A DNA stretch of 28,229 nucleotides from a virus (lineage: Duplodnaviria; Caudoviricetes). Both the position numbers and the translations under genes were made by a program. The stretch lies in IMG/VR virus record IMGVR_UViG_3300030329_003526, positions 1-28,229 of that record; one strand, 5' to 3'. Shown piece by piece: positions 18,798 through 27,506 of this stretch (the first letter of the stretch is position 1; every line of letters begins with the position of its first letter). The notes under the pieces are model-generated. The model was not told the origin of the DNA. It searched no databases and saw only the letters and a program-made list of their open reading frames with translations.

Positions 18798-19365
18798 TTT
18801 CCTCCAAAAGTAGTTTATTGAGGGGTATTAATGCTAATCCACTAGTATTATCATCACCTCCTCGTGTTTCTCTTATTTCTCCTTTTTCCTTTAAAGTTTT
18901 TATTTTCTCTTTTAAAACTTTAGTTGGTAACATAACAATAGCTCTGCATTTATCATCTTTAGTTAAGATTTGTACCCACCATTCAGCTTCAGTAGTGAGT
19001 ATACCTGATTTCTTTCCTCTAGAGCTAAATTCAATAGCTATATTATTTGTTTGTCCCCAATCCTTTTTATCGCCAGAATCACGTTCTGTTTTAATTTCTG
19101 CTTTCCAACCTATTTCTTCTAACAGATTAACAAATTCCTCTTCATATATATTGCCAAAAGCTAAATCTACATCAAATTTATTATCGTTATTATACAAGCC
19201 GCGTATCCTTTCTCTTTCTAGATTATATTCTTCTTTTGTCATTACTTCATCAGGATGCCACCATCTACCTGTTAATTGCCCACATCCATAGCACATTGAA
19301 GGTTTTTCATGAACAGAAACTTGATTACAACATTCACTTAAGTAGTCCTTACCATTTATATGCAT
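18790..19365 (-). CDS. PD-(D/E)XK nuclease-like phage protein with N-terminal Zn ribbon
   Basis: SECC...CYGCG; FDVDLAFG..YE, EIKTERD, NIAIEF.SRGKKSGI.TTEAEWW pattern; start revised to MHING. Confidence 0.5.
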   Translation of the reverse strand: MHINGKDYLSECCNQVSVHEKPSMCYGCGQLTGRWWHPDEVMTKEEYNLERERIRGLYNNDNKFDVDLAFGNIYEEEFVNLLEEIGWKAEIKTERDSGDKKDWGQTNNIAIEFSSRGKKSGILTTEAEWWVQILTKDDKCRAIVMLPTKVLKEKIKTLKEKGEIRETRGGDDNTSGLALIPLNKLLLEENE

Positions 19366-19495
19366 ATTTATTTCTTTTCTTTCTCTTTTCACTCCATTTT
19401 TTGCTATATTCACTTTTACAAGGTTTACACATAGAGCTTGTTTTATGAAATGATTTTCTTGGAAATTCTTTTTTACACATTGTACATTCTTTCAT
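19349..19495 (-). CDS. 48-aa Zn-finger protein with basic tail (not in ORF track)
   Basis: MKECTMCKKEFPRKSFHKTSSMCKPCKSEYSKKWSEKRKKRNKYAYKW*; two CxxC motifs; strong AAGGAG RBS. Confidence 0.7.
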   Translation of the reverse strand: MKECTMCKKEFPRKSFHKTSSMCKPCKSEYSKKWSEKRKKRNKYAYKW

Positions 19496-19510
19496 AAATC
19501 TCCTTTTTAT

Positions 19511-19543
19511 AAAAAAGGGGAAGCTAACCTCTTAACTCCCCCT
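19511..19543 (-). terminator. Rho-independent terminator
   Basis: Minus strand GGGGGAGUUAA-GAGG-UUAGCUUCCCC (11-bp stem with 2 GU) followed by UUUUUU. Confidence 0.8.
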
Positions 19544-19545
19544 TA

Positions 19546-19827
19546 TCCGACGGTATCCCCTGTTAAGGAATCACCTATGTATGCTTCGTTAAGGTCAAGC
19601 GCAACCTGTGACAATGTGGAGTTTTTATACTGCAACTTCCAGCCAGTTAATTTAATGAGAGAGACCACGCTTAAGCCTCGGTTCCCGTTTTAAAGCTTGT
19701 CGACTATTAACGAATGGTGGTTTTAGCCGTAACTCTCTCAATTACATGAGCAAATAGCTATGAGGTATGTGCGGATTACACTATCATGTTCATTTACCAA
19801 GGTAGATATGGAAGCGTATTTGCTCAT
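19546..19827 (-). ncRNA. Candidate structured non-coding RNA cluster
   Basis: ORF-free gap with closing stems tgagagag/ctctctca (19656-19663 / 19733-19740) and atgagcaaata/tatttgctcat (19746-19756 / 19817-19827), plus smaller hairpins upstream of the terminator. Confidence 0.4.
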
Positions 19828-19832
19828 AATTA

Positions 19833-20171
19833 TCATACTATACGCCAAACACGTATTAATTTACCTGCTTTGCCTTTACCATCTATTCTTCTAGTGATAA
19901 ATTGACCTTTATTAGCCCTATGCCTTCTAGAAATAGCATTACGTACAGCTTTTTCTTCCTTCATAGGTACATTAAAACAAGGTCCTGTAAGAATATTCTT
20001 TTTCATTTTAACAGGAGTTAATTCCTCAAAAGGAAATCTCTCTGTAGATGCTTGCATATTAGGAATTGGTGTTTCCTTTTGCACCTTGTAGTTCGTAGTA
20101 TTTCTCAAAGTATGCTTATTGATATACTCTGCAAAATCACTTTTTTCATAACTTTTAGTTGTTCTTTTCAA
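19833..20171 (-). CDS. Small basic probable DNA-binding phage protein (FPF...RVWR type)
   Basis: RFPFEEL...FNVP...VRNAISR...FITRRI...IRVWRIV; TTG start after AAGGAG, overlapping the HNH stop (TTGA). Confidence 0.55.
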   Translation of the reverse strand: MKRTTKSYEKSDFAEYINKHTLRNTTNYKVQKETPIPNMQASTERFPFEELTPVKMKKNILTGPCFNVPMKEEKAVRNAISRRHRANKGQFITRRIDGKGKAGKLIRVWRIV

Positions 20172-20659
20172 AACATCTCCTTTCCCGATAATTTTCGGTA
20201 AATGTATGAGCTTACTTGCTCTGGTTGTGAGTTCAGCCAATTTACAACATTTTTATATTGAATTGCTGTAAGAGGCCCTTTTCTTGTATTGCAGCGATTA
20301 CAAATCATCTCTACATTCTCAAGAGTAGATGGACCGCCATGAGAAAGAGGTATAATATGGTCACATACCATAGTCCTGATGTCAAGTACACTAGGACAAT
20401 ACCTACAGGGCTTTCCATAATTAGATAAAAATAATTCTCTAATAGTTTTAAGAGATATGTTAAATTCAACTTCATATTCCCTACTCCTTCTTTTTAATGT
20501 TGAACGTAAAGAAGAGCTTTTCTTCATTAGCCGATGAAAGACGTTCTGGGAATGGGTTCCATGAAACTTCTTTAATAAAGGAAGAAACTTAGCTTCCCAA
20601 TCCATTGTGGATTTGTGAATCCTCTTTTTAGAACGTCTTTTATATCGCTTTTTTTCCAA
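20168..20659 (-). CDS. HNH endonuclease
   Basis: CRYC...DHIIPLSHGG...NVEMICNRCNTRKG, canonical Zn-binding HNH motif. Confidence 0.9.
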   Translation of the reverse strand: MEKKRYKRRSKKRIHKSTMDWEAKFLPLLKKFHGTHSQNVFHRLMKKSSSLRSTLKRRSREYEVEFNISLKTIRELFLSNYGKPCRYCPSVLDIRTMVCDHIIPLSHGGPSTLENVEMICNRCNTRKGPLTAIQYKNVVNWLNSQPEQVSSYIYRKLSGKEMF

Positions 20660-20663
20660 TGAT

Positions 20664-20876
20664 TTAAGAGTAACCTTTTTCAGTTATTGTTATCTCTATG
20701 GATGGTTTCCATGCTAATGAAATTACTAATTCAAGCCTATAAATACCAAGTAAAATAGATTTGTATGGACCGAATCCATCGTCTCCTCTAAGAACTCCGA
20801 ATTTAAATAACGAGAATAATGTAATTATAAAGCCATTTTCTAACTGTTGTAAGTTAAAGATATAACCTTTATTCAT
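20664..20876 (-). CDS. Hypothetical protein
   Basis: 70 aa, AAGGAG RBS, overlaps the primase-helicase stop. Confidence 0.6.
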   Translation of the reverse strand: MNKGYIFNLQQLENGFIITLFSLFKFGVLRGDDGFGPYKSILLGIYRLELVISLAWKPSIEITITEKGYS

Positions 20877-22650
20877 GTGTTTCAGTTCTCCTTAATCTAA
20901 AACTAGGATGCCATTCTAACTCTGTTTTAAATAATTCACCATCAGTGTTTTTAAACAGATTGATTTCTTTTATTGTATCTTCAGGTTGGCCATTTATTCC
21001 CAGTACTTTTCTACTAGCATTTTCTATTGCTCCAGAACCTTTACCTGCGTAAAGGTCAAGAACTTCATTTCTACTATAATCACGAGCTACTTGAGATATT
21101 TGGATAATAATAAGGTCATAATTAACTGCCATATTTGATAGATTGTGTGATATATATTTAATTTGTTCGTACTCTCCTTTTATATGTGGAGGTGTTTCTA
21201 TTAAATCAATATAATCTACAATCACTACAGCAGGATTTAATTCTCGAATTTTATCTTTAATTTGTTCAATAGTAGGTGACACAGTTTGAACTGATATGTG
21301 TCCTAATTCATCTTTATGTTTTTTAAAGATAGTTTTGTATTTAGCATTTGCCCTTTCTTTTGAACAGTTGGCTACAATTTGCATATGCCTTCTATGCATA
21401 TACCAAGCTGATAACTCTAAAGAAATAAATAAAGTAGGGATTTGCCATTCTTTAACTATTTTATTATTAACAAAATCAAAGCCTAATGCAATATTTTGTG
21501 CTAGTGTTGTTTTATTAGAACCAGTAGGTCCAAAGATTGTTACTAGTTCACCAGGATAGATAGTTGTATCTATATGTGGAGGTAATCCAAGCATTTTACT
21601 TAATTCAATGCATCTACCACTAAAGTCAGCAGTTAATCTTGATTCTAATTCTTCTTGTAATGTATGAGAAGTCTTAACATCGATTAAAAAGTCTTTACGT
21701 TTAAAGTAAATACATTTAGTTTGACAATGTTCTTCCATGAATTTGTCTTTACATGAATACTGATAGCCTTTATTATATGTTTGTTCTATATTATTTATAA
21801 GAACCTTTTCGTCTAAGCTATTGTTATTCCAATGCAATAATGAAACTTTAGCAAATTCACTAGGAATGCCATTTCTTCTAAAATAGCTTGCTATTCTCAT
21901 TGATATATTATGCCTTGAACCACTTTGAGGCCCTAGATTTAACATACGTTGAACACAAGGAACTACTTTAGTATTTTCATTAACAGGTCTTAACTCTGCT
22001 ATCCTGGGTGTTTTAGTATTTACAGCTGTTTCTAATTCACCTTCTCCTATTAAACCACTGTAAATAAATTCTAAACGTGGAGTTTTTGCCATTTCTAGAA
22101 TTTCTTCACATTTTTTAGTCATAACTTCTTGACAAGTTAGTGGTATTTTATATAGTCCTGTTTTCTGATTTTTAGTATGAGGTACACGATATATAGCTGT
22201 TCTTATATATACCATATCATCAATTCCAGAAAGCAACTCTGTCATAGTTTGTCGAACTATAAAAGGTAATTCAGGAGATGGTTCAAAATTAAATACAGAA
22301 TTTGGTATCATTAAATGATATCCAGAACCACTAAAGAAGGGTTGTACAGATTTATTAGGATTTAATCCATATTCTTCCAGCGTTAGAATATATCCAACTG
22401 TCCTTCTTAATGTTTCTTCATTAGAATTATCCCCTTTATCGATGTCAATTAAGATTTTATCAATCCATCTTGGCCCATGAAAGTTTTTAATCGAACCTTC
22501 CTTTTCAACTAGTAACTTTGCATCATCATTATATAAATATAATGAACGATAAAGGGGTTTTTCTAAATTAATGTAAGAAGCTAAGTCTTTCCGATTAATT
22601 ATGTGTCCACGATTCCTCGGAGTATCTATAGCAATCTCTACATATTTCAC
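20869..22650 (-). CDS. Primase-helicase fusion (AEP/Prim-Pol N-terminus, PriCT-like linker, DnaB/RecA-like helicase)
   Basis: AEP motifs IDID, FSGSGYH, RVPHTKN; GSRHN plus a Cys cluster; helicase motifs GPTGSNKTT, FISLEL, VIVDYID, ISQVAR, GSGAIE. Confidence 0.85.
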   Translation of the reverse strand: MKYVEIAIDTPRNRGHIINRKDLASYINLEKPLYRSLYLYNDDAKLLVEKEGSIKNFHGPRWIDKILIDIDKGDNSNEETLRRTVGYILTLEEYGLNPNKSVQPFFSGSGYHLMIPNSVFNFEPSPELPFIVRQTMTELLSGIDDMVYIRTAIYRVPHTKNQKTGLYKIPLTCQEVMTKKCEEILEMAKTPRLEFIYSGLIGEGELETAVNTKTPRIAELRPVNENTKVVPCVQRMLNLGPQSGSRHNISMRIASYFRRNGIPSEFAKVSLLHWNNNSLDEKVLINNIEQTYNKGYQYSCKDKFMEEHCQTKCIYFKRKDFLIDVKTSHTLQEELESRLTADFSGRCIELSKMLGLPPHIDTTIYPGELVTIFGPTGSNKTTLAQNIALGFDFVNNKIVKEWQIPTLFISLELSAWYMHRRHMQIVANCSKERANAKYKTIFKKHKDELGHISVQTVSPTIEQIKDKIRELNPAVVIVDYIDLIETPPHIKGEYEQIKYISHNLSNMAVNYDLIIIQISQVARDYSRNEVLDLYAGKGSGAIENASRKVLGINGQPEDTIKEINLFKNTDGELFKTELEWHPSFRLRRTETHE

Positions 22651-23261
22651 AGTGCTTCATCAAGAGAAAATGGCAAATCAGTAGCAGTTTCAGGTTTTGG
22701 AGCTTCTGTTTCAGCTGGTGCTTCATTGATATGACCATTTGTTTTCATCCATTTTACGTATGATGCTAAATCATTTCTTCCATTACTTGTATTTGGAAAG
22801 ATTCTCCAGAGAACTGTATTATAAGCTTTACCATTTTTCTTATTTTTCTCTTTATAAATATAACCAAGGTATGGATATGAATGTAATTTATCAGTATGAT
22901 GGTCATTTAGATATTTAGCTATATCTTTTACAGCTTTACCATCTGATTCTTTTTCCCATTTACCCTTTAAATTAATACCAACTTCACATCCTATATCATC
23001 AAAGAATTTATACATGCGATTCAATACTGTACCGCCTGATACGTTTCCTTTAGCATCTTTTTCTACAGAGCCACATATTCTTAAATTACGAGAATATTCA
23101 CTATCTTTAACAGCTATTTCCGCATCAATATAGATGTCAGCCCAATCAAAGTCTTTTGATTTATCTGTAAATCCTTTGATTCCTATTTCACAAATACCAG
23201 TCCATCTATTGCTAGCACCTGTTGTTTTACTACCAGTACCTTTTGGTTTGAATAAGGCCAT
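22647..23261 (-). CDS. Probable single-stranded DNA-binding protein
   Basis: Located between a Sak4-like ATPase and the primase-helicase; acidic flexible C-tail with DLPF. Confidence 0.5.
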   Translation of the reverse strand: MALFKPKGTGSKTTGASNRWTGICEIGIKGFTDKSKDFDWADIYIDAEIAVKDSEYSRNLRICGSVEKDAKGNVSGGTVLNRMYKFFDDIGCEVGINLKGKWEKESDGKAVKDIAKYLNDHHTDKLHSYPYLGYIYKEKNKKNGKAYNTVLWRIFPNTSNGRNDLASYVKWMKTNGHINEAPAETEAPKPETATDLPFSLDEAL

Positions 23262-23262
23262 T

Positions 23263-23928
23263 TTAACTCTCCTTTACATAGATTTTTTTCCAATCAAATG
23301 GAAAGATTTTACCTTTAAGATGTTCACAGCGACTACCTGCTTCTAAAGCTACTCCTGATTGAAATGAAACCATTAGCTTATCATCTTCATCTCTAAACAT
23401 ATAACCAATAGCATCAGCTTGAGCCATTAATTGATTCTTTAGTTTACCTGATAAGTCTAATGATTCAGGTTCAACAGCAGTTGAATTATCTACAGCAGCA
23501 GCTGTCTTTCTGTGTCCAACAATAATCGTTTTTGAACATAAACTTTGAAGCTTCTTGATATTATTTAATACGCGTTCTCTAACCATTCCAAAACCTTTAC
23601 CATAAGGTAAATCTGCAATGTCTTCAACGCCCATTTCTCTGCATACATCTTTAGATGTCCATTCAACTAGTTTGTCGATTGTGTCAAGTGCAAAGATATT
23701 ATAATCATGACCTTCTGATGCCTCCTTGTAAAAAGAAAGCAATTCCTCTTTACTGTTTACTCCATGGAAATAACCCTCGAGCATATGGGACCCAGATTCG
23801 GTGTCAATAACTAAGCAATCTGAAAGTTTACTTAACATAGTAGTTTTACCGACCTTAGGTGCCCCATATAACAAGAGTATTTTTGGATTAACAGAGATAG
23901 GTTTACGCTTGGCTTTTTTTAATGCCAT
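23263..23928 (-). CDS. AAA_24 / Sak4-like phage P-loop ATPase (recombination/annealing)
   Basis: LLLYGAPKVGKTT Walker A, IDTESGS, ALDTID Walker B, PYGKGF, ADAIGY, EAGSR. Confidence 0.85.
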   Translation of the reverse strand: MALKKAKRKPISVNPKILLLYGAPKVGKTTMLSKLSDCLVIDTESGSHMLEGYFHGVNSKEELLSFYKEASEGHDYNIFALDTIDKLVEWTSKDVCREMGVEDIADLPYGKGFGMVRERVLNNIKKLQSLCSKTIIVGHRKTAAAVDNSTAVEPESLDLSGKLKNQLMAQADAIGYMFRDEDDKLMVSFQSGVALEAGSRCEHLKGKIFPFDWKKIYVKES

Positions 23929-23979
23929 GGTGTTTTCTCCCTATTTTCTGATTAATTTTGGCTAGATAATATAAGCCTT

Positions 23980-24636
23980 TTATTTGGAATGACCAAAGAT
24001 TAAATTAGGCAATGCAGTAATAAATCTTTTAGGAAATTCTTCTCCTATTAAGAGTTGTTTAACTGCAAGCGAAATGAAACCTCCTGCCATATTAGAACAG
24101 TAGGATGTCGCCTTGGCGTTACAAGGGTCCTCCGAAGCATCTGCATCTGAATACCAGGTATCTTTATATTCTTTAAGAGTTGGATTCTTCAACACATACT
24201 GTTGGTACTCCTCCGCCCCCATTCGTCCATCTATAAGGACAAATGGTCTGTTACGCTTAGTCAGCGCTGCAGTCGCGGCTTCAAGACGACTATCCATACT
24301 GTCGAAGCCCAAGATTACAATGTCGTCTTCGCTGAGAGGCTTGACGAATGCCGAGAACCGCCCTGGTTCTATGGTAACATTGACTCTTGGGTTTATTGCT
24401 TTTAAATGCTTACTTAAAGCATCAACTTTAGTTTTACCAATATCTTTATAAATATAATGAGAAACACCTATATTTTGTATTTCTACACTATCTAAATCGT
24501 ATAAAACAAAGTGTTCAACTCCCATCCTGCAGAGTTGTGTGGATGCAGAGCTACCTATAGCCCCGCATCCTAATATGTGAAAGATTTTATTACCAAAATC
24601 TTCTATTAAACCTCTACTTCTTTCATTAATTTCCAT
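23980..24636 (-). CDS. ThiF/E1-like ubiquitin-activating enzyme
   Basis: ERSR Arg finger, ILGCGAIGS nucleotide-binding loop, YDLDSVEIQNI, KVDAL, INP, GFDS, IDGRMG, candidate catalytic Cys in DPCNAK; start revised to MEINERS after AAGGA. Confidence 0.9.
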   Translation of the reverse strand: MEINERSRGLIEDFGNKIFHILGCGAIGSSASTQLCRMGVEHFVLYDLDSVEIQNIGVSHYIYKDIGKTKVDALSKHLKAINPRVNVTIEPGRFSAFVKPLSEDDIVILGFDSMDSRLEAATAALTKRNRPFVLIDGRMGAEEYQQYVLKNPTLKEYKDTWYSDADASEDPCNAKATSYCSNMAGGFISLAVKQLLIGEEFPKRFITALPNLIFGHSK

Positions 24637-25579
24637 AATGGTCCTTTCTAACATTAGACGTTTGAAGAGTTGCTTGTACAACTGGTTGAATATTTTCTAG
24701 AACATCTTCAGGGGCAACATATATTTCATGTTTCCAACTAGATAATTCTCCTCTAGTAAATTCAGGTATTTCAAGATTGTATTTCTTTATACCCTTATTT
24801 AATTCAGAAAACATTCTATTTATTTCCTTACATTGCTTTTTAGATATATTATTAGGAACTTTATCTATAACTTTTGTTATATATTCATATAATTTATCTA
24901 TTTCACTATCAGGAACTAAACTTACATCAACTTCCTCTTCATCATCATAGAAACTATTATAAGAACCTATACCATAGGATTTATTATAATGGTCAACCTC
25001 TTTATTTTGCTGTGCTGCCCAGAGGTTAGATTGTTTACCATTATATCCATAGGTAGTTACAACAGTTCTTTCAGGTTTATTACAAAGCTCAATAACTTCT
25101 TTGTTAATACTTTCTGGAACTTCTTGTCCGATGATATTTAACTTTACATCTTTATCTAATTCAATAGGTTTGAAATATTGTACTCTTAATTTATATTCTC
25201 TATTAAGATTAACAACCAATGATAAAGAAAAGTCATTTGTCTTTTGACTTAAGATTGTATCAACGTCAGTTCCTGACCAAAATGCTTGCATTGTATGATG
25301 ACTGTGCCACCAGCAATGTCTAACTTTATTGCCATATTTCTTATATAATTTATCATAATATATAGCTAGTTCTGTAGCATCTAAATCACAAGTACCATTA
25401 CTTACTTCCTGTTTTAATATAACAGGTTCAATCAGTTTAAATTGCCCATCTTCTTCTATTACAGTCAATTGTCCACCTATTTCTGCTTTTAATTGAGTAT
25501 AAGCTGATTGAGCATAATGAATGATTTTATTCCAATCTTTAATTGATATATGGAATATATCATCTTTTTCTTCTTTCAT
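24626..25579 (-). CDS. JAB/JAMM (MPN+) metallopeptidase, deubiquitinase-like
   Basis: AEIGG catalytic Glu; WWHSHHTMQAFWSGTD fits HxH-x7-S-x2-D; SLVVN; long acidic C-terminal extension; start revised to MKEEKDD. Confidence 0.9.
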   Translation of the reverse strand: MKEEKDDIFHISIKDWNKIIHYAQSAYTQLKAEIGGQLTVIEEDGQFKLIEPVILKQEVSNGTCDLDATELAIYYDKLYKKYGNKVRHCWWHSHHTMQAFWSGTDVDTILSQKTNDFSLSLVVNLNREYKLRVQYFKPIELDKDVKLNIIGQEVPESINKEVIELCNKPERTVVTTYGYNGKQSNLWAAQQNKEVDHYNKSYGIGSYNSFYDDEEEVDVSLVPDSEIDKLYEYITKVIDKVPNNISKKQCKEINRMFSELNKGIKKYNLEIPEFTRGELSSWKHEIYVAPEDVLENIQPVVQATLQTSNVRKDHYGN

Positions 25580-25590
25580 ACATTTCCTTT

Positions 25591-27489
25591 CTAATTGCAA
25601 TAACAATTTTTATTTATTATTAACTTAGCAAAGCCTATAGGATTAATACTTTCGGTACTACCTGCTTCCATCAATGTAATGCCAGCTATATGTACTATCT
25701 CATTCATATTAGCTTTGTTTGTCATTCTAAAAGCATAATCCCTATTACTTTCATCATGAGTCTTCTTAATAGGTTTAGAACTTGCATAATCCATCCAACG
25801 TCCTTCATTATGAAGCATTATTAAATCAGTAAAATGTATTCTTTTTGCTATTTTAAATAATAAAATAGCTAATTCTACTACATCATCCCAATTGTCAGAA
25901 TCATAAATACCACCTCTTATTCTATCTATTAAATCACAAAATACAGAAACAAATGAAGTAAGTGAAACAATATTACCATTAGTTATCCTGCCTTGAAGAT
26001 TTAAAACATATTTTAATTTGCTTTCCATAGTTCCTCTATTAACACAATTCCACATTTGATAAATAATACATTCAACAGCTGTTTGTATATCATCCATCTC
26101 TGATTCATTAAGTGCAAATACAGGGTCAATAATTTGCTGTGCGATTTCTTCTGTTATACCTTCAGGAAGATTCTTCTCTATATAAGATATTTCATCATAT
26201 ACACCACAATCTTGCACTAATTGACAATTTGTACAATATTTATTTACGAAAAGCTCATAATCATCAAATCCTTCATCTATTACTCTTCTACAAGTACTTT
26301 TAGATGTAGCTAATAAGGCTTTTAAGTTATCATCCCAATCAAGAGGCATGCCAATATGATGTGTTTGTGGCTGATTTAAAGGCGTTGTGTTGCCTAACCT
26401 GTATGTTTTAGCCCAAATATTAAGAAGTGTCTTTAAATGGCTAAAATTGGCCGTTAAAAGAGCAATCATGATATCATCATCTAAATCACCAAAGCATATA
26501 TTACCTCTATTATATGAATTATAACGAAGGTTACCATCTCTATGTACAAAAGGGTGTTTTAATCCATTAACATGTGGAAATACAATACCATGATTAGCAA
26601 TACGCCTTAAATTTAAGTTGCGAAACAATTCATGCGCATCTCTATTGGCTGGAAATGATTGAATTCTTTTATAATTTACTATCATGTCATATATAGTCAT
26701 GCTAAAATTTACAATCATATCTCCAAATGGAAGTGTGACTAATGTCTCATACCTATTTTTCTTAAATGTAGAATATTCAATATTGATATCCTTTAATGCA
26801 ATACTAATGTTAATCCACCATCTTTTTGGGTCAATATTTGTACCATACACTCTAAGCGCTTCAGGTGTCGTAATTTCACCAATCCTATTAATCCATAACC
26901 TGTTTTCATTGAATTTAATATTGTTTATATCCTCAAATATTGGGTGTATTGGCATGTCCCAAGTTGGTTCAAAGACAGGTATTCTTCCTGCATTATATTG
27001 CCTTGTTCTTCTAGCAGCCTCATCACTACGTTTATGATTTGTAGTGTAATATGGTAATGGAAGTATATTAATCTCCATATCATCATATTCTTTTAATAAT
27101 AAAGGTGTTATTTCACTTAAAGCTAATTGACCTTGTTTTTTAGTATATTCTTCATCTAAACTAGCCTTTTGAGCTCTAAATTCCTTCAATTGTGCATCAA
27201 TTTTATGCATATCTTCTACACAACTAGATAGGCCATATCTATCATAACGTGTTAATCTTTTAATAGTATTAGCACCTTTAGGTTTTTCCCAATGAGGGAA
27301 TAATGAGCGTACTATTTGACCTTTTAATCTTTCATATGAACCTGGTCTCCAACGAGCATTTTCATTAAATTCTAATTTAATACCATATCTTTCCGTAAAA
27401 CGCTCTACTTGTCTTAAAAATGGTTCAACATTTGATAATCTTTTAGTATCAATGTTAGGCATTGATTTAAAGTTTATTCTTTCTTGCAT
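25591..27489 (-). CDS. Large prokaryotic E2 (UBC-fold)-like conjugating enzyme with Cys-rich Zn module
   Basis: KHPFVH...RGNICFGD matches the E2 HPxV...GxIC signature (Cys codon 26494-26496); followed by C-x19-CTNC-x5-C; lies between Ubl and JAB; start revised to MQERIN after GGAG. Confidence 0.7.
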   Translation of the reverse strand: MQERINFKSMPNIDTKRLSNVEPFLRQVERFTERYGIKLEFNENARWRPGSYERLKGQIVRSLFPHWEKPKGANTIKRLTRYDRYGLSSCVEDMHKIDAQLKEFRAQKASLDEEYTKKQGQLALSEITPLLLKEYDDMEINILPLPYYTTNHKRSDEAARRTRQYNAGRIPVFEPTWDMPIHPIFEDINNIKFNENRLWINRIGEITTPEALRVYGTNIDPKRWWINISIALKDINIEYSTFKKNRYETLVTLPFGDMIVNFSMTIYDMIVNYKRIQSFPANRDAHELFRNLNLRRIANHGIVFPHVNGLKHPFVHRDGNLRYNSYNRGNICFGDLDDDIMIALLTANFSHLKTLLNIWAKTYRLGNTTPLNQPQTHHIGMPLDWDDNLKALLATSKSTCRRVIDEGFDDYELFVNKYCTNCQLVQDCGVYDEISYIEKNLPEGITEEIAQQIIDPVFALNESEMDDIQTAVECIIYQMWNCVNRGTMESKLKYVLNLQGRITNGNIVSLTSFVSVFCDLIDRIRGGIYDSDNWDDVVELAILLFKIAKRIHFTDLIMLHNEGRWMDYASSKPIKKTHDESNRDYAFRMTNKANMNEIVHIAGITLMEAGSTESINPIGFAKLIINKNCYCN

Positions 27490-27506
27490 TTTTATCTCCA
27501 AAGTAT

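Noticed and set aside
19500-19830. CRISPR array or known ribozyme in the non-coding gap
   Set aside because: No direct repeats with spacers, and I could not match a hammerhead or other ribozyme consensus by eye.
17264-27037. Plus-strand ORFs opposite the early block (e.g. 17749-17946, 18818-19291, 21296-21559, 24113-24451, 26684-27037)
   Set aside because: Antisense to well-supported minus-strand genes that tile the region.
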